Source: Parcubacteria group bacterium Licking1014_17
Lineage (GTDB): Bacteria > Patescibacteriota > Minisyncoccia > 2-02-FULL-40-12 > IGHO2-01-FULL-4-A
Length of the DNA: 64,000 bases
Direction of reading: 5' to 3'
Assembly (NCBI GenBank): GCA_007376485.1
Contig: VMGJ01000002.1
Coordinates: 15,134 to 79,133, forward strand
Shown: one piece after another, positions 60,143 to 64,000 of the stretch
Numbering within the stretch: position 1 is the first letter of the stretch
How the letters are laid out: each line of letters begins with the position of its first letter
The notes under the pieces: model-generated
The model's database searches: none
What the model was told of the DNA's origin: nothing
The model's input: the letters and a program-made list of their open reading frames with translations, nothing else
Position numbers and translations under genes: made by a program

Positions 60143-60868
60143 TTGCCTGACAATATTTACCCGCTAATTTTGGACATTATTTTCCCCAGATATTGTTTAT
60201 CCTGCGGCGTTATTCTATGGCGGGAAGAATTTGTTTACTTGTGCGATAATTGCGCCCAAAAAATAAAATTAAACGACTCCCCCGCGCGCTGCGCTTTTTG
60301 TCACGCCGACAGCAAAAACGGGTTGACCTGCCGGGTTTGCTCGAGAAAATACGATTTGGACGCGCTTTTGGTGGCGGCTTATTATGAAAATCCGCTCGTC
60401 CAGAAAATGATAAAGCTGGTCAAATATCAATTCGCCTATACCATTGCCGATGATATAGCCAAACTAATGGACAAATATCTGCTGAAAATAAAAATAAAAG
60501 GCGGCTTGGACAAAAATTTTCTTTTGGTTCCGGTGCCGCTGGACAAAAAGCGCCGCGCATGGAGGGGCTTCAACCAATCGGAAATAATTTGCGATTTTCT
60601 TTCGAAACAAATTCCCTGCAACTACGCTAAAAACATTCTCGCCAAAAAAAGCGGCTTGACGCCCCAGGTACACGTCGCCGAAAGAAATTCGCGGCTGGCA
60701 AATGTTGTCGGGGCTTTCGGCTGTTTGGACACTGAACTGGTCAAAAATAAAAATATTCTTCTCGTTGACGACGTAGCGACGACTTGCGCCACTTTGAACG
60801 ACTGCGCGCGGGCGCTGAAGTCCGCCGGTGCACGGTATGTCGCGGGATTCGCTTTTGCGAGAAACTAA
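60143..60868 (+). CDS. comFC: ComF family protein (double zinc ribbon plus phosphoribosyltransferase domain).
   Basis: CLSCG...CDNC...CAFCH...CRVC followed by the PRTase motif ILLVDDVATTCATL. Confidence 0.75.
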   Translation: MPDNIYPLILDIIFPRYCLSCGVILWREEFVYLCDNCAQKIKLNDSPARCAFCHADSKNGLTCRVCSRKYDLDALLVAAYYENPLVQKMIKLVKYQFAYTIADDIAKLMDKYLLKIKIKGGLDKNFLLVPVPLDKKRRAWRGFNQSEIICDFLSKQIPCNYAKNILAKKSGLTPQVHVAERNSRLANVVGAFGCLDTELVKNKNILLVDDVATTCATLNDCARALKSAGARYVAGFAFARN

Positions 60869-60928
60869 ACATCAAGCCGACGAGTTGACGCTTTTTGGCA
60901 CTATTAAAGTCGCAAATTAAATTAACTA

Positions 60929-61810
60929 CTAGTCCAATAGCAATTTTACTATCCCGTTCAATTCTTCCAAAGTGGCGAACCTGATGACGATATTGCCTCC
61001 AGAGGCGCCGTTTTTAATCAGCACCGGCACGCCCAGATTCTTGGATAAATTATCCTGCAATTCGATAAATTTCCTGCCGCCGGTAATTACCGGCTTTCTG
61101 CCGCTCCTGTTTTTCCGCGCTTCTTCTTCGGCGTCTTTAATGACCGCCTGCCCGCTTAACATCTGCCTGAACATGTTTTTCTGGGACGCCTCGTCCTTAA
61201 AAGCCAAGAGTGTTCTCGCCTGGGTTCGGGAAAGCTTGTTGCTTCTCAACGCCTGCTTGATTTCCGCCGGCAAACCCAAGAGGCGTATCGTGTTTGCCAC
61301 TACTTCCCTGCTCTTTCCAACCTTTGTGGAAATTTCTTTCTGGGTCAGCTTGAATTCTTCCGCCAATCTGTTGTAAGCCTCCGCCTCTTCCATCGGATTT
61401 AAATCCTCGCGCTGGACGTTTTCAATAAGCGCCACTTCCAGTTTCATCCTATCCTCGTCAATATTATCTTTTATTATAACCGGCACCGTCGGTAACCCGG
61501 CAAGTTTCGCCGCCCGCCAGCGCCTTTCGCCGGCAATCAGCTCGTAATTCACATTTATCCCCTTTTCGGTTTCCTCCGTAATTTTTGAAACCAAAAGCGG
61601 CTGAAGAACTCCGTATTTTTTGATGGACGACGCCAGTTCATCCAGGGCGTTCTTATTGAAATCGCGCCTCACCTGGCTCGGGTTCGACTTGATTTTTCCA
61701 GTTTCAACATAAAAAATATTACTGCTCCGCGGCTCCGCTGCGCTCTTTCTTGCCATGGTTGGTATTAGCGATTCAAGCCCCCGACCAAGACCGCTGTTTG
61801 TTTTTTTCAT
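60929..61810 (-). CDS. parB: Chromosome partitioning protein ParB/Spo0J.
   Basis: ParB box LIAGERRWRAAKLAGL and an HTH. Confidence 0.9.
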   Translation of the reverse strand: MKKTNSGLGRGLESLIPTMARKSAAEPRSSNIFYVETGKIKSNPSQVRRDFNKNALDELASSIKKYGVLQPLLVSKITEETEKGINVNYELIAGERRWRAAKLAGLPTVPVIIKDNIDEDRMKLEVALIENVQREDLNPMEEAEAYNRLAEEFKLTQKEISTKVGKSREVVANTIRLLGLPAEIKQALRSNKLSRTQARTLLAFKDEASQKNMFRQMLSGQAVIKDAEEEARKNRSGRKPVITGGRKFIELQDNLSKNLGVPVLIKNGASGGNIVIRFATLEELNGIVKLLLD

Positions 61811-61811
61811 T

Positions 61812-62573
61812 TTATATAAGATTTAAAATTTCTCTGGCTAATTGATGATAAGCTTTGGCTCCCTTCGACCCGGGATCAAATTGAAACACCGTCTTGCCGT
61901 AACTCGGCGCTTCCGCCAAAGACACGCAACGCGGGATGATAGTCTCAAAAACCGGCCCCGGAAAATTTTTTTCCACTTCATTGGCAACCTGCCGCGACAG
62001 GGTATTACGCCTATCAAACATTGTAAGCAGAACTCCGTAAATTTTCAATTGCGGATTGAGAGATTTCCTCACAAGCTCGATTGTCTGCAGTAATTGCCCC
62101 AGCCCTTCCAGCGCGAAATATTCGCACTGAACCGGAATAACCAGCCCTTCGGAAGCCACAAGCCCGTTTATCGTCAAAAGCCCGAGCGACGGTGGGCTGT
62201 CTATAATAATGTAATCGTAATTGGTCCTAATTTTGTCCAAAACTTTTTTCAGGCGCGACTCGCGTTCGTCAACTCCAACCAGCTCCACTCCGGCTCCCGC
62301 CAGGCTTGACGCCGCCGGCAGAATGTCAAAACCCATCAGCCGCGATTTTCTGATAATCGCCTCTGGTTCCTGCCCGTCAACAAGGGCGTGATAAAGATTC
62401 AGGTGGTCATCCGCCAAGTGGACATCCAAAGCAGAAGTGGCGTTCGCCTGCGGATCTAAATCCACCAGCAGGACGTATTTGCCCATCGCCGAAAGATACG
62501 CCCCCAAATTGCTGGCAGTCGTGGTCTTTCCCACTCCCCCTTTCGCGTTGATTACTCCAATAATCCGAGCCAT
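61812..62573 (-). CDS. parA: Chromosome partitioning ATPase ParA/Soj.
   Basis: Deviant Walker A KGGVGKTTT. The start is adjacent to the parB stop. Confidence 0.9.
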   Translation of the reverse strand: MARIIGVINAKGGVGKTTTASNLGAYLSAMGKYVLLVDLDPQANATSALDVHLADDHLNLYHALVDGQEPEAIIRKSRLMGFDILPAASSLAGAGVELVGVDERESRLKKVLDKIRTNYDYIIIDSPPSLGLLTINGLVASEGLVIPVQCEYFALEGLGQLLQTIELVRKSLNPQLKIYGVLLTMFDRRNTLSRQVANEVEKNFPGPVFETIIPRCVSLAEAPSYGKTVFQFDPGSKGAKAYHQLAREILNLI

Positions 62574-62725
62574 ATGATTTTATTGTAACGGATTATTTTT
62601 CTTTTACAACAATCTTGTAGGCTAGAACCCATGAATGTTGACAGATACCAATTTTATTAGTATGTTATGTCTGTTTTTGCACCTAGTTCCCGAACAACAA
62701 TTCTTTTAGAAACGGAGGATTTATC

Positions 62726-63235
62726 GTGGAAAAAACGAAAGTTGACTGGAAGGTTATCAAGTCGTTTTTCTTTGAGGCAATGCTCAAAGGGTGGGTTGAT
62801 GGTTTTGAAGTCAAACCTGACTACCTCGGCCTCTATGAGATATCCCACACCAACCAGGAGGGTACTCTACTACTCAAAGATAAGTGGCACGCCCCGGGCG
62901 ATAAGTTCTTTGGTTCAACGCGGATATGGGTAAGGAATGGGGATTGGGTCTTGATCTAGGCAATGGCCTATATGGGTTCATACCCCAAAGAAATAAACCC
63001 ATTTCTTAGGAACGCCCTAAAAAACGCCTACCAAAGCAGAAGATTTCACGGGGGTCGTGGGTTCATGTACAGTGGTAATATCGATGGGAAACATTACCGC
63101 TACGAAAACGAAAGCTACCCCGATACGATCTGGGAATTCCATGGAAGTGAGACAATTTTTGAACGGAAATGGACAGACCGTGAAGTAGAAGATAGAGTCG
63201 GGGGATGTACTTTTTTCGGCGGGTCAATGATTTAA
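62726..63235 (+). pseudogene. Gene split by a single in-frame TAG (62960..62962) into 77-aa and 90-aa ORFs. It is either a nonsense-mutated pseudogene or a readthrough candidate.
   Basis: ORFs 62726..62959 and 62963..63235 share one reading frame and are separated only by ...GAT TGG GTC TTG ATC TAG GCA ATG GCC.... Confidence 0.45.
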
Positions 63236-63257
63236 ACACCTCTGAATCTCCCTGTTT

Positions 63258-63293
63258 ACGGCTGCGGCTTCGCGCGCAGCCGTTTTCATTTTT
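63258..63293 (+). terminator. Rho-independent terminator.
   Basis: ACGGCTGCG-gcttcgcg-CGCAGCCGT followed by TTTTCATTTTT. Confidence 0.65.
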
Positions 63294-63321
63294 CCAAATA
63301 ATTGGTATAAAATATCTGTAT

Positions 63322-63406
63322 GCCTGGGTGGCGGAACTGGCAGACGCGCACGACTCAAAATCGTGTGCCGCAAGGCATGGGAGTTCGACTCTCCCCCCAG
63401 GCACCA
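63322..63406 (+). tRNA. tRNA-Leu(CAA), class II with a long variable arm and the CCA encoded.
   Basis: GCCTGGG-TG-GCGG-AACTGGCAG-ACGC-G-CACGA-CTCAAAA-TCGTG-TGCCGCAAGGCAT-GGGAG-TTCGACT-CTCCC-CCCAGGC-A-CCA. Confidence 0.85.
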
Positions 63407-63475
63407 AATGTAACTTCGTTTTTTTATTTTCCTAAATGTGTTAAGATATTTTTAATAAAATAAACCTAATATAAT

Positions 63476-63955
63476 ATGCCAATGGAAAAACCAGATTTAA
63501 ATTCGGGGGACGAAGGGAATAAAGATAAAAAAGAAAGTATTGAGGAACCCCATTATGAAGAAGCGATAGTTAAGGGTGTTGATTTAAGAGCCGGTTGGAA
63601 TGAAAGAAGAAAACAACATGAAATAAGATTTATTCAAATTGACACGGAGAAAAAATATGCGCTTGAATCCATTGAAAAAGCCATAAAAAATCGGCAGGGA
63701 GGCAATTTTGACGTGAGCGCAGAGATAGCAAGAAAGGCGGTCATTGAGGCAGCTAAAGAGATAATAAAAATATCCGACGACATCAAAGACACTGATTTGG
63801 CGCGCAAAGTTATGGAAAAAGCGAAAGAGATAGCGCTCGAAAATGCGCGAAAAAAAGACAAGGGTTTACCCGGCGGCGCCCCATTGGCTAATGCCGACCC
63901 CTATGAAGTATCCTTGAAAGTAGAGGAATTCGTGAAAACTCTCAAAAACTCCTGA
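63476..63955 (+). CDS. Hypothetical charged (K/E-rich) 159-aa protein.
   Basis: Clean ORF downstream of tRNA-Leu. No motif. Confidence 0.4.
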   Translation: MPMEKPDLNSGDEGNKDKKESIEEPHYEEAIVKGVDLRAGWNERRKQHEIRFIQIDTEKKYALESIEKAIKNRQGGNFDVSAEIARKAVIEAAKEIIKISDDIKDTDLARKVMEKAKEIALENARKKDKGLPGGAPLANADPYEVSLKVEEFVKTLKNS

Positions 63956-64000
63956 TTATTTTTTCCGCGCCGCGTTTTATAGCAATCGCCGTGAGTATCC

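Noticed and set aside
63063-63407. ORF 63063..63407 (-), 114 aa.
   Set aside because: It overlaps tRNA-Leu and the terminator. It is antisense to the 62963..63235 coding region.

Overview
This 64-kb window looks like part of a small, streamlined, roughly 47% GC bacterial chromosome, probably a Patescibacteria/CPR-like lineage. That assignment is an inference from the small proteins, the type IV pilus/competence machinery, a group I intron in a tRNA, and the short dispersed repeats. Most genes are on the minus strand.

Housekeeping content, working from the 3' end of the window backwards:
- Chromosome partitioning genes parA and parB, and comF.
- A complete type IV pilus locus (pilM, pilN, pilO, pilB, pilC, a major pilin, pilD, and four minor pilins).
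- ligA and gatCA.
- A two-gene (split) comEC, ndk, a DUF2156-like gene and a tRNA-Pro gene.
- rpmB, an M50 protease, then rpsL, rpsG and fusA.
- A dnaG, rpoD and unknown gene operon.
- typA and a zinc deaminase.

Accessory content:
- 0.8-19.3 kb is an envelope/surface region. It holds two ECF sigma/anti-sigma pairs, an NRAMP transporter, a HlyD/ABC exporter flanked by two DUF5666-like genes, an L,D-transpeptidase, a sortase, a protein carrying an LPNTG sorting signal, a 1141-aa surface giant, two 198-aa paralogous secreted proteins built from the giant's repeat module, and a secreted protein with three Ig-like repeats.
- 25.9-29.6 kb is an island-like region next to a tRNA. It holds a HepT/MntA toxin-antitoxin pair bracketed by 35-bp direct repeats, a GC-rich structured non-coding block, a four-gene operon (histidine phosphatase, AlbA_2, small protein, DUF3800), and triplicated tRNA 3'-end fragments.

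The most notable RNA-level features:
- A tRNA-Asn(GUU) interrupted by a roughly 265-nt group I intron.
- An oddly nested or split tRNA around tRNA-Pro(GGG).
- A candidate RNase P-like ncRNA.
- A three-copy, roughly 140-nt structured element with compensatory stem changes, sitting immediately 3' of gatC, ligA and a pilin gene.
- A dispersed 23-24-nt repeat family that also forms an in-frame 24-nt x5 array inside ligA.
- A tandem duplication of the fusA 3' end with a small membrane-protein gene.
- A single in-frame TAG splitting a gene at 62960.
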